Of a stretch of DNA of 64,000 nt, positions 30,441 to 40,949 are shown piece by piece (positions within the stretch are counted from its first letter, which is position 1; each line of letters begins with the position of its first letter). This stretch comes from Marsupella aquatica (taxonomy: Eukaryota > Plantae > Marchantiophyta). A model generated the notes under the pieces. The model made no database searches and was not told the DNA's origin. It was given only the letters and a program-made list of their open reading frames with translations. The stretch covers positions 6,658,963 through 6,722,962 of the forward strand of contig OZ316893.1 of the NCBI GenBank assembly GCA_973895155.1, read 5' to 3'. The translations under genes were made by a program, and so were the position numbers.

Positions 30441-31149
30441 GAAATTAATACACTTAAAAATACAAAGCAAAAAATCAAGAAATTTTTTAAGTGAAATTAA
30501 TGCACTCAAAGTAGAAATTAATCTGTGGACCCCATGTTCATCCAAGGAATGTTTGTGTGATTAAGTGACATCAATTTTCATCAAGGCGGTAACCAACGGT
30601 TTTGAGTCTCCCGATGGTGTTGGTGTTTGCTCGTACAAAAACAAATGCTCAAAAGATAGAGATTAATCAAACGAAAGGTTGAATGTGGAAGAATTGAGTT
30701 TTCTTATAGGTTTTGCTTACACATTGGAGAAATAATCTTTCAATTATTCTTGATTGATTGTTTGTGAGTTACATTGAGCATTACCGCCACAAGACAGACT
30801 AGAGCACAACACTCAGTTGTTGGCAAAAGAGCGCTTGTCAATTTGGTGGGAAGAATGTTCACACAAAACAAACGAGCCGTCACTTCAAACAAAGGATTTG
30901 TAGTTATTTTTATTTAAGAAAGCTATGGTGTGAGGGGAAGACTAACAATTGTTTCTTTGACATAGAGGCTGCATTTGGCGTCAACCTGTGTTCAGAGTGA
31001 GTTTTAGTTGAAGACTATCTAAGAGATGCGAACAATTCAAGCTGGGAAGCAAGCATTGTGGACAAGCGATGGTGACGTAATCAAAGAAATCAATTTGTAG
31101 TGGCTAAGTTTGTGACGGTGACGAGATTGTGATATCTCTTAATCGAGAA

Positions 31150-31640
31150 AGGGTTTCCAATGAGCCTCAAATTGATAAATTTTGTCAAGTTCCATATGAG
31201 TTTTTGAATATCTTTGCCTTTCCAATGAGTGTTAGTATAAGAAATTTTGATTATGAGCTTATGAATTCTTTTAGCTTTCTAACATTGAGTCTGACATTTA
31301 TAGATTTTATGTTAGATTTTTTCACGGTGCTCAAGAGATCATGAGGTTTTCAATCTTTTTAGCTTTCTAATGTGTGACATTGAGATTATTTGTCAAGAAA
31401 TAGGGAGATCATGAGTATCTAAATTTCTCTAGCTTTTCAATGAACCTAACATTGATAGATTTTGTCAAGTACTAAAGAGATGATGAGTTTTTAATTTTAC
31501 TCTAACTTTCCAATGAGTGACATTGAGAGATTCTATCAAGACATTACTAAAAAGATCACGAGTTTCTAAATTTTGATCTTGAATTTTCCAATGAATCAAA
31601 CATTGAAATTTTTTATCAAGTACTAAGGAGATTTATTATT
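31150..31640. repeat. Degenerate ~70-bp tandem repeat in probable transposon remnant
   Basis: Repeated TTTCCAATGA..ACATTGA..GATTTTGTCAAG..AGAGATCATGAG blocks. Confidence 0.55.
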
Positions 31641-32215
31641 TAGTTTTACAATGTGAAGCCAAATGGGTTTTAATTATGTACATTTCTATCGATTGATTTT
31701 TTCAAACTTGTAAATAATTAAAAAATACAAACATTTTGATATAAAACATTGATATATCTTTGACAAACATCAAAATGGTAACTTTGTTTTACTAAATGAC
31801 ATCTCTTCTTTTGTATTTTGGTTTTTTTACGTTTAGTATTTATGGCATGATGCCCCAAAAATTACGTTATTTTTGCCACAAATAGGAATATGCACATTTG
31901 TTATTGTTAAAAATATGATATTTCTGTTTGTGGCTAGTTGTGATGATGTGAAGGAACCTTATGGCTGAGAATTTGCAAGACCCCTAATGGGGGTCCCTAA
32001 AGAAAAATCACAAAAGTATTTACATTTTATGATAATTCACATAATAAGTTACTCGAACGAAGGGAGGCTGTATGTGAAATTAATGCACTCAAAAATAGAA
32101 AAGTAAAATCACAAAATCTTTACGTAAGTAGTATATTACCTTGCATGGCTACCAAAAGCTTGTATTTTATGATTCTCATGACGGACCAAGGTGCACAAAC
32201 AACCATGCCACTACA

Positions 32216-32368
32216 TGGCTCGGCTCTGACCTTCCAACCAGTTTGACCTTTTCTAGCCTTGTTTGGCAGCGCCTTGTGGTCCAGTGGCTAGATGGCTCAG
32301 CTCTGCCCTTCCAACCAGTTTGACCTTTTCTAGCCTTGTTTGGCAGCGCCTTGTGACCCAGTGGCTAG
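32216..32368. repeat. Tandem duplication of ~77 bp immediately downstream of the UGT stop codon
   Basis: CTTCCAACCAGTTTGACCTTTTCTAGCCTTGTTTGGCAGCGCCTTGTG..CCAGTGGCTAGA present twice, nearly identical. Confidence 0.9.
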
Positions 32369-32373
32369 AAATT

Positions 32374-35300
32374 CTACTTGCTTCCATGATTTGGGGACAG
32401 GTTATGATTACGGAAGTCGTCCAAGAATTCCTGGAAAACCCTTGACTTGGATCCACCTTCAGCCGCTGCTGCTGTTGCCGTCCTTTGCAGCGCTTCCATT
32501 CTGCTTTTGATTGCTTTCCCTTCCGATTCTACCATCAACAGGCGGACCACCCTGTTAACCTCATCCCGTTTGAAAACGTTTTGAGGCCCCGTCGGAAGTT
32601 CCGCAGCAACCTTAAGCTCATCGACCACATATCTGCAGCAGCATTCCCATGGTCAAATGGAAGTATGGTGCCTTGTACTATAGCTAGAAGATGAAATTTC
32701 AGATACACGAATCGTAAATTGTTGACTGCTGACAAATACAGCTGCAGGGGACTGTAAAACGCAAAGGTCCATTACCTGCAATTGAGATGTTGCTCTGCAC
32801 TCTGTGGGCATGCGATCATGGGCACGCCCAACATTATGCTCTCTAGAGTGGAGTTCCATCCGGAGTGAGTGAGGAAGCCACCAGTGGATGAATGAGCCAG
32901 GACCTGCAGTTGGGGTGCCCAGCCAGTCACAACACAGCAACGCTCACCTAATCGTGCTTCAAAACCTATTGGAAGTACTTCGCTGAGTGGCGGGGTCTGC
33001 TCCCCTGAGCTCCCCTCCGATTGTGGGACCACCCACAAGAAATGCTGCTCGCTCTCCTCCAGTCCCAAGGCCAATTCCTTAATCTGCGCTGGACGAAGGT
33101 GGACGTGGCTTCCAAACGCAACATAGAGAACTGAAGTGGGAGCCTGCGAGTCAAGGAACTGAAGGCATTTGCTTGTTGAATCTTCTAATCCTCGATTGAC
33201 TTTGACGTTGGGGAGGGCGACCGACGTCGAAAGAAAAGGACCAACTGGGTAAATCTTGGGCACCTGCAGTATTCACACACATATTCAAGACAACAGCTGT
33301 AGTACAACGCTCCGATTATTGTACATGAACAAGTTGCGTAGCCACTGCAACAGATCACTCTCGATCTGAGAACGAAAACTTGGCGGTCAAGTAATTCATG
33401 CCATCTCTGTCATTAATAGCTCAGAGGGAGGAAGGAGTAAGGAAACCTTGATATGATCCACGGTATTTCTCCATGTGTCAATAACCTTTCCTTCTAGCTC
33501 GAGAAACGAGTTTACTAGAAGACCTGCTGCTTGTGTCACTGATTCACCTCTCCACAGGACCTCACCAGGGTCTTCTCGGAAAGATCGGGGGAGTTCGTAG
33601 TAAAGCAAAGAAGGGAGCCCAGGGATGCAAAGTTGCGAATCGAAGTAAACGAGCTTCCCATCGTCCTTATCTGAGAACTGTAATTGTCCACTTTCATAGT
33701 ACTCTAGAAAACCTTGCATTGCCCGTGCAAAAATTACTCCCGACGTAACGAACATATACCTCGGAATTTCCAACGTATCAGCTAACTCCTGTATAACTCA
33801 TCAGCACAGAAATCAGATTAATTCCTTGGACAATTGGAAAAATACTGAACAAAGCGAACAATTAAAACTCCTTTCTCACAAAACGAGACAGTTCGTTCCA
33901 ATTCTTCAGCACAAGGGTTTTCCCAACGGGTGAACCTATGATCAGGAGTATCAAAACGAGGTAAAGTGCACACGGAAGTACGTGAAGAGAATACACGTGA
34001 GGAACTCAATGCTGTGAGAATTGGAGACAGAAAATAGTAAACATCGAGTCCATGAGTTCCAGTGAATAAGCTTCGAATCCTCTATTGAATATTGAACTCT
34101 GAGTACCCCGAGAATCAAACCAGACATAAGTACTTCAACCAAGAGCATTACTCGCCCGGGGAGAAAAGCTAGTTTGAATTCTTAACAGGATAAACATGAG
34201 GATCGAGCATCCACTAGACAGGAGCGGGGAGAGCAGAGCACAACACGTGTTGAGTCCCCGCTGTCAAAACACCCCGCGTCCTTTTACATGTAAGGACAGT
34301 AAGCGGTGCAGGAAAATTCACAAAACTACAGAAAGAACGTCGAGACAAAGAACAGTAAAGGGAGAAAATCCCTTTCACACACCCCCCGGATCGACGATCT
34401 TCTGTGTGTTTGGTGCAGAAGGAAACAAAACCAGACCAAGGAGTTCAATGAATCGTTGGAAACGTATTCCAGCAAGCGGTTTCGTTAAACCATCAGCTGG
34501 CATAATTTCAGTAGACAAATATTTGATCTACACATGCCCTTGGCGAACCTGTTCACGTACATAATGCCATTGGATTTCAATGTGTTTGGTCCGAGCGTGA
34601 TGCTCAGGATTGATGGTTAATGCAATTGCTGGTTTATTGTCACCATAGATCACAACCGTCGTAATGTCTGAAGTGCAGAGATTGAGCTGCTGTAGAAGCT
34701 GCCGCAACCAGATAGCTTCCTTGCAAGCAATTGAGTAGGCGACGTATTCAGCCTCCGTACTGCTGGTGGTGATGATTGGCTGCTTCCGAGATTTCCAGCT
34801 GATGGCACTGCCTGCTAATTTGAAGAGATAACCAGATGTAGACTTTCGATCCACACTGTTATCAGCGAAAGATGCATCACAATAGCCCTGAAAATTCATT
34901 GAATGAATTTCAATGCCAGGAGAAGAAACAGCTTCATATTTGAGGCCAAGATTAACAGTGCCTCGAAGATAACCAAGAATGTGCCTGACACAACTCTGAT
35001 GTTCGAAGGCCGGATTATGAGCAAACTGGCCAAGTCGAGAACAACGCTCAGAAAGATCAGGTCTCGTCCATACTGCAAGGTACATGAGAGAGCCAATCAT
35101 GGCTTGATACAACTGCTTCTGATCATGTGTAGCAGGGATTTCACTTGGGAGCAGGCGATCAGTGCCGCTAGAAGGAGCAGACAAAGGAAGAGCCGACTCC
35201 ATATGAAAACGAGAAAGAACCTTAAGAGCATATTTCTGTTGGGCAAGGTAAAGGACACCTTGGCTACGATCACGATAGATGGCAAGCCCTAAATACTCAG

Positions 35301-38300
35301 TCAGATCTCCGAGCTCATGAACCTCATACTTGGAGGAGAGGATGGACTTCATAGACGCACTGCCGCTAAGAGTTTTTGAAATGGTAATAATATCATCCAC
35401 CCATAAGACAATAAGATCGCCATCAGAATTCTTAAGAACACAAGGATCTGAGGGTAAAGGAAAGAAGCCCTGCAAAGCTAAGTATGCGGTGATTTCGATG
35501 TACCAAAGGCGTGGAGACTGGCGCAAGCCATACAAAGCTCGTAAAAGCAGCCAAACAAGAAGCTGGCCAAGATGATCGTAGGTTTCGTAGCCAGGAGGTG
35601 GTCGAACATAGATTGGAGCTTGACCAGCCATTAGAGCATTCAAAAAAGCCGTAACAATATCATAACACTTAGCCTCAAGATTTAATGCAGCAACATTAGC
35701 CATGATAGCACGGAAAGTCTTAGGACGGACCACTGATGCAAAAGTATCCCCGTAATCCTCCCCTGGTCGTTGTTTATCGCCACGAGCTACGAAACGTGCC
35801 TTGTAGATGCCCGCTGCTTTCTGTGTGTACACCCATTTTGATGGGAGAAGACGTGCACCAACAGGTAAAGGGATTAAACGTGCAACATTCAACTTCGTAA
35901 GTTGATTAAACTCTCTCTTCTCTGCAGCTTGCCATAAATCAGCATCCGGCCTAGACATGGCCTCCTTGTGTGTCTTAGGCACCTCAGAGGAGGCTGAAAA
36001 TAGTGCGGCTGAATAAGAATAAAGCAGCGTGGATGGAATGCGTGTCAGCAAAGAAGTAGAAAATCGAGGTGGAGGGATTCCCCGCGTAGATCGCTCAGAA
36101 CGTCGAGGAGCTGAAGGTATATTAGATATTGCAGCTGTGAGGTCTGCTGTCAATTCTTGTGGCGAGATTGCGCCCAAAGGGGGAAAGATAGAAGGAATTA
36201 AATTGTTATTGTCAAAACATTCCACAGAGTCGAGAGTATTGGCCGTAGACGAAGGGCCGGATTGTGACTGGCCATCAATGAGAGATGGAACAAATGGAGT
36301 GCTCGGCAGAATAGAACCCGCAATTGCAAGTGGAGGAATAAGAGAAGTAATATCATATGGGACGTCGAGATGAATGAAACTTGAATCAGAAGATGTACTC
36401 GCCTCTAATGGAGAGGTGGTGCGTGGCGTTTCATCAATGGAAACGTATGCAGACACCGCAAACTCATTTGTATCCGGAAACCATATACGGTAATTCAAGC
36501 CATCACCGTATCCAACCAAGTATCCCTTCTTAGCTCGAGCAGCAAACTTCTCACCACGAGGTCGAGTCTCTGGGGGTATATGAACGTAAGCAAGTGCTCC
36601 AAAGACGCGTAGATGAGAAATATTTGAATTGAACTGGCGATGAAATGGTTCATTCAAGGCAGCAACTGGGGATAAAGAAAGCGTGTTTGCAGTTGTCGGC
36701 AAACGATTGGTCACGTACACTGCAGCATTAATAGCCTCTGGCCAGAGTCGGGGTGGAAGATGAGAGTCAAGCAGCATCGCATGAGCCCGCTCTGTAATGA
36801 CACCATTAGATCGTTCAGCAATACCATTCTGAGTATGGTGGTATGGAGCCGAATGGGTCATGGTACACCCTTGGGTTGATAAGAAAGTCAGAAACTGCTG
36901 ACTGCCAAACTCAGTGCCATTGTCGCAATGAAGAGATGCAATGATGGTGGCATAGTGAGTTTGAATGGCCGTAAAAAATTGTTGGACAATAGGGACAGCT
37001 TGACTCTTACTCTGAATAGAGTAGACCCAACGAAAACGTGAGTGATCATCAGTAAGAAGAAGAAAATACTTCTGATTTTGAATGCCAACAGTAGCGATGG
37101 GACCACACAGGTCAAGATGGATTTTCTGAAAAGGAGCAGAAGCCCGAGTGTGAGTTTCGCGAGAAATCACACGAGAAGATTTGGCCAAAGTGCATACTTC
37201 ACAGGATGGCAAAGTGTGAGAACCAGAAAGCGTAATGTGTTCCTGTTGGATGATTTTCTGGAGGCCATCAGAATGAAGATGTGCAAATCTTCGATGAAGG
37301 AGAGGTAGAGTAACTGTTTGGGCGTAAAAATGGCTCTTATCAGGGACACAAGAAGATGTAGATTGAATCGTCAAGACCTTAAGACCATCAAGCCATTTTG
37401 CGGTGGCAAATTCGTGACCAGTAACCTGTATGATAAAGCGGGACTCCCAGCCATGCCAATAGACTCCCTTCTTTTCAAGAAGATGCTCTGAGATAGTATT
37501 CAATTCGCTGCTAGGCATGTATCGAACATTGTGTAAACGAATATGTCGAAAGGATTGGTCAGTGCATCGTAATGAGAGATCAACAATGCCATATCCAGGA
37601 GAAATGATTTGACCAGCACCCGTATTGATGGAAAGCGGATCGGCAGTGTAGTCATGAAAAAGCTTCTGGTTATTACAGAAGTGATGATTGGCGCCTGAAT
37701 CTGCAATCCATGTGCCCGTATCAACTGCTTGAAGCTCTGTCAATTGTGCCGAATGAGAGCACTGCACAAAATTAAAGAGATCAAGATCTGGAGAAGAGTC
37801 GTGTACAGGAGCAAAAGAAGGAGAAGCCTGAACATTATTGGTACCCTGAAGACGCTGTTGAATGCGCTCCATAACAAGTGTATTTGGCTGCCAACCCGGA
37901 CGTCGCAAGTGTAAATGTTTGTAGTAGCAGGTCTCCTCCTTGTGACGAGGTAAACGGCAATACTTGCAAATTTCCTTGGAGAGCGACGTCGAAGGAGGCC
38001 GGGGATTGGACGTTGTCACATTGAGCTGCATCGGAGTGGGAGCAATCACAGCCAGATGATATTCGTCCTTGGCTTCTTGTAACAAAGAATCAAGAGATGG
38101 AGAAGCGGTTGGATTGCGCCGAAGGTGATCTCGGACATTGGCTGTCCAATGCTCATAATGCTTATCCAAACTGTGTATGAATTGCATGGTTTGGACAGCA
38201 GAATCAACAACAATTCCAACGGCAGCACACCGATCAAGAGCATCTCGGTATTTTGTAGTAAAAATCTCCATATCTTCACCACGGTATTGAAGTTTGACGA

Positions 38301-39711
38301 AAGTCACCCAAGTGTTGTGCTTCTGAATGATGCCTTGAGGCTGGTATGTCTGCTTCAACTTATCCCAGCAAGCGGCCGCAGTGAGCACAGATGCTAGCAT
38401 ACTTTGAATGTGTGGTTTGCACGTAGAGAGAATAATCATACGAGCATGTGCAGCTTGAGCATTGTAAGATTCTAAACGAGCTTGAAACTGATAGGCCTTC
38501 TCGTCCACTTCTTGTACCGGAGAAACTGCAGTACCATCAACAAATTTCCACCCGCCTGAAGATGCAAGACTAGAGGAGACAAGTAAATTCCACTGCTCAT
38601 AGTTCGAGCCTCCTTCAAGTTTAGGCAACAGATGACTAGAATCGCGATATGTGAATGCCATGAGAAACCTCAAAAGAAGGAAGCCGGGAGAGGTAAAATG
38701 ATGAGAGTATTGATCAAATAAAGGCCCGTAACCTATGATCAGGAGTATCAAAATGAGGTAAAGTGCACACGGAAGTACGTGAAGAGAATACACGTGAGGA
38801 ACTCAATGCTGTGAGAATTGGAGACAGAAAATAGTAAACATCGAGTCCATGAGTTCCAGTGAATAAGCTTCGAATCCTCTATTGAATATTGAACTCTGAG
38901 TACCCCAAGAATCAAACCAGACATAAGTACTTCAACCAAGAGCATTACTCGCCCGGGGAGAAAAGCTAGTTTGAATTCTTAACAGGATAAACATGAGGAT
39001 CGAGCATCCACTAGACAGGAGCGGGGAGAGCAGAGCACAACACGTGTTGAGTCCCCGCTGTCAAAACACCCCGCGTCCTTTTACATGTAAGGACAGTAAG
39101 CAGGAAAATTCACAAAATTACATAAAGAAAGTCGAGACAAAGAACAGTAAAGGGAGAAAATCCCTTTCACAAAACCCAACTTGAATCTCACTCTAGGGGA
39201 AATTACCTCGACCGCATTCATCGTCCAGAGTGCGTCCATCTTGATTTATGAAAAGTGAGACCTTCAACAAACACTAAAAGTTGAATCTTACCTGAGTCCA
39301 GGGGAGAAACATATCCGATACTATGCTCGTAGGGCCTCCAATGCCAATGCTCTTGTCATGAATCAGCTGCTCCCGCAATGGCTTAAACGCCTCTCGAGCA
39401 GCCCGTGAAAAGATCTTCGAGGATCCTCCGTGGATGACTTTCGCTGGTATGGGCATACCGACGAACCGAAAGTCCAGACTTTGCAATTCCGAATTTGAGC
39501 CATCTTTAGCCGAGGTTAACTGAGCAATTGCGTCGTGGTAAGACACGAACGTGATCGTGATGCCCTTGCGGGCGAGCTGAGTCGTGAGCCTTAGCAGTGG
39601 CGTGATGTGCCCCTGGGAGCCCAGCGGAATTGCCAGCACATGTGCAGCAGCAGGAGCCGTCACTTTGTTATTCTGATCATCTTGTACAATAGACGCCATT
39701 GCTCTGCTCAT
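32374..39711 (-). CDS. Family-1 UDP-glycosyltransferase, 4 exons: 39711-39292, 33788-33447, 33263-32776, 32632-32374; ~502 aa; intron 1 contains a copia element
   Basis: N-terminal PLGSQGHITP (catalytic His), SDMFLPW, SVLYVAFGS, PSPG box WAPQLQVLAHSSTGGFLTHSGWNSTLESIMLGVPMIACPQSAEQ. GT-AG junctions are in phase (1509 nt). The start could instead be ATG 39699. Confidence 0.92.
33937..34379 (-). repeat. 3' LTR of the copia element (443 bp, TG...TA ends)
   Basis: Differs from the 5' LTR by 5 substitutions and one 5-bp indel by my count. Preceded on the minus strand by a G-tract PPT (CCGGGGGGTG, 34380-34389). Confidence 0.93.
34528..38661 (-). CDS. Copia gag-pol polyprotein, truncated by a premature TAG near the end of RNase H
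   Basis: First ATG after the LTR at 38661 (MAFTYRDSS). Zn knuckle CKYCRLPRHKEETC; protease WIADSGANHH; integrase HRRFAH/CEVC/HLD/CDNGTEF/NGIAER; RT KARFVARG, ALYGLRQSP, WVDD; RNase H YCDASF, STEAEY, KHIEIQWH. The frame continues past the TAG with MPADGLTKPL. Confidence 0.95.
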   Translation of the reverse strand: MAFTYRDSSHLLPKLEGGSNYEQWNLLVSSSLASSGGWKFVDGTAVSPVQEVDEKAYQFQARLESYNAQAAHARMIILSTCKPHIQSMLASVLTAAACWDKLKQTYQPQGIIQKHNTWVTFVKLQYRGEDMEIFTTKYRDALDRCAAVGIVVDSAVQTMQFIHSLDKHYEHWTANVRDHLRRNPTASPSLDSLLQEAKDEYHLAVIAPTPMQLNVTTSNPRPPSTSLSKEICKYCRLPRHKEETCYYKHLHLRRPGWQPNTLVMERIQQRLQGTNNVQASPSFAPVHDSSPDLDLFNFVQCSHSAQLTELQAVDTGTWIADSGANHHFCNNQKLFHDYTADPLSINTGAGQIISPGYGIVDLSLRCTDQSFRHIRLHNVRYMPSSELNTISEHLLEKKGVYWHGWESRFIIQVTGHEFATAKWLDGLKVLTIQSTSSCVPDKSHFYAQTVTLPLLHRRFAHLHSDGLQKIIQQEHITLSGSHTLPSCEVCTLAKSSRVISRETHTRASAPFQKIHLDLCGPIATVGIQNQKYFLLLTDDHSRFRWVYSIQSKSQAVPIVQQFFTAIQTHYATIIASLHCDNGTEFGSQQFLTFLSTQGCTMTHSAPYHHTQNGIAERSNGVITERAHAMLLDSHLPPRLWPEAINAAVYVTNRLPTTANTLSLSPVAALNEPFHRQFNSNISHLRVFGALAYVHIPPETRPRGEKFAARAKKGYLVGYGDGLNYRIWFPDTNEFAVSAYVSIDETPRTTSPLEASTSSDSSFIHLDVPYDITSLIPPLAIAGSILPSTPFVPSLIDGQSQSGPSSTANTLDSVECFDNNNLIPSIFPPLGAISPQELTADLTAAISNIPSAPRRSERSTRGIPPPRFSTSLLTRIPSTLLYSYSAALFSASSEVPKTHKEAMSRPDADLWQAAEKREFNQLTKLNVARLIPLPVGARLLPSKWVYTQKAAGIYKARFVARGDKQRPGEDYGDTFASVVRPKTFRAIMANVAALNLEAKCYDIVTAFLNALMAGQAPIYVRPPPGYETYDHLGQLLVWLLLRALYGLRQSPRLWYIEITAYLALQGFFPLPSDPCVLKNSDGDLIVLWVDDIITISKTLSGSASMKSILSSKYEVHELGDLTEYLGLAIYRDRSQGVLYLAQQKYALKVLSRFHMESALPLSAPSSGTDRLLPSEIPATHDQKQLYQAMIGSLMYLAVWTRPDLSERCSRLGQFAHNPAFEHQSCVRHILGYLRGTVNLGLKYEAVSSPGIEIHSMNFQGYCDASFADNSVDRKSTSGYLFKLAGSAISWKSRKQPIITTSSTEAEYVAYSIACKEAIWLRQLLQQLNLCTSDITTVVIYGDNKPAIALTINPEHHARTKHIEIQWHYVREQVRQGHV
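38723..38733 (-). promoter_or_regulatory. Primer-binding site of the half-tRNAiMet type (GGTTACGGGCC)
   Basis: Directly abuts the 5' LTR; 10/11 match to GGTTATGGGCC, the complement of the tRNAiMet anticodon stem-loop used by Drosophila copia-type (hemivirus) elements. Confidence 0.7.
38734..39171 (-). repeat. 5' LTR of the copia element (438 bp)
   Basis: Direct repeat of 33937-34379; starts TGTGAAAGGG on the minus strand. Confidence 0.93.
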
Positions 39712-40949
39712 TTAACCATTCGAGCTCTGAAAGTTCAGTCACGTAAGGGGCGAAAGGTTGATCCTGAGCGAGCCATTTAGACCGATGCGGGTTCTTCTTC
39801 CACATAATGTATTGAAAGTGATGACTGCTCTCCTTCGAGCAGCTTCAGCTTGGAAGGGATCCTTCGAACAAATATCAAACGTGATACGTGTGAGGAAGGG
39901 GCAGCAGCTCCCCTCCGACGCCAGGGTGTTTGAGCCACATCTGCAGGTAAGGTGTCAACCGTGATGATTTTGGCCCAGTACTCATGCTAGAAAAGCTGGA
40001 GTCGGACTGTCGGAGTCAACTTGCGAACCCAGAGAAAGAGTGATCACTTTGGCAGATCATCATTGGTCATTACTGCGTCAAGACGAGGAGCTGAAGCAGT
40101 CAGTTAAGAATCATGTTCGTGTGAGGTTTTCAACGCGAATTAATACGCATGTACAGGTGTACTGTACTATATCTCGTTTCCCAATGCGAAAGACGACATG
40201 TATCCGGGATTTTATTCGCAGCTGGACTGATTGTCAATCGCGTCTAGGATGGCTTGAGAAGACATGTGCCTCCACTCCTGACTTTTTCTCACCGAAGCGA
40301 ACTGGAGGGCTGCGATAGACTCAAGGTGGCATTACAAGACCTTGGGTAGTTTCATTAGCGATTCTCAAACCAGCTCATTCTCTAAGGTTCCCCTGATCTA
40401 AATGTTTTAGGCTGACTAAAGATATGAGATTTCCGCTAAAGGTGATCATCAGTAATCTTGTAGTCAACACCAAAAGTTACTTTGAGCAATATGCATCAGC
40501 TCCCTTCAAGAATTGTTTGTGCCCTTTGCGGATAGTCAGTGACCATTCTAAAATTGTAGGGGCCCAACTGTCCCGCAGAAGCATGTTGAAAACCAATCTC
40601 AAACCTGAAAGTAACTCTGTGGATTAAGGTGGCCCAAAAGTTGGATTTCGGTCTAGGTCACGGACATAGATTTCTTAGAATAGCTGACTGAAAAAAACCA
40701 GATGAGAGCAAGGTTTTCTACCAAAGCTAATGTCTCAAAGGAGTTACCATACTAAAGATAGTGTAATTGGGCTAATTAAAAGAGAGTTAGAAATCATTAT
40801 ATGGCCCAACGACTAGTAAAGCATCCTGTGGAAATGACGTTGGAGTCATTTTCTAGGAGACAAGTTAGGAACCTGTTTCACCCAAAAGTGATGTAGTTCT
40901 TTGGCTAGCTCCCTTCTTGCTCTCTCGTGGGAGAAGATTTGATGATATA

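Larger units (their letters stand above)
33937..39171 (-). mobile_element. Full-length Ty1/copia LTR retrotransposon (5235 bp) inserted in UGT intron 1, same orientation as the host gene
   Basis: Two LTRs (33937-34379, 38734-39171); near-perfect 5-bp TSD GAACC (33932-33936) / AAACC (39172-39176); gag-PR-IN-RT-RH domain order. Confidence 0.96.

Noticed and set aside
33939-33940. Canonical TG...CA LTR end
   Set aside because: With that boundary the flanks (ACCTA vs AAACC) give no TSD. Including TA gives GAACC/AAACC and places the PBS flush with the LTR.
34528-34530. Programmed stop-codon readthrough in the copia ORF
   Set aside because: The context TAG-ATC lacks the known CARYYA readthrough signal and lies inside RNase H; a point mutation is simpler.
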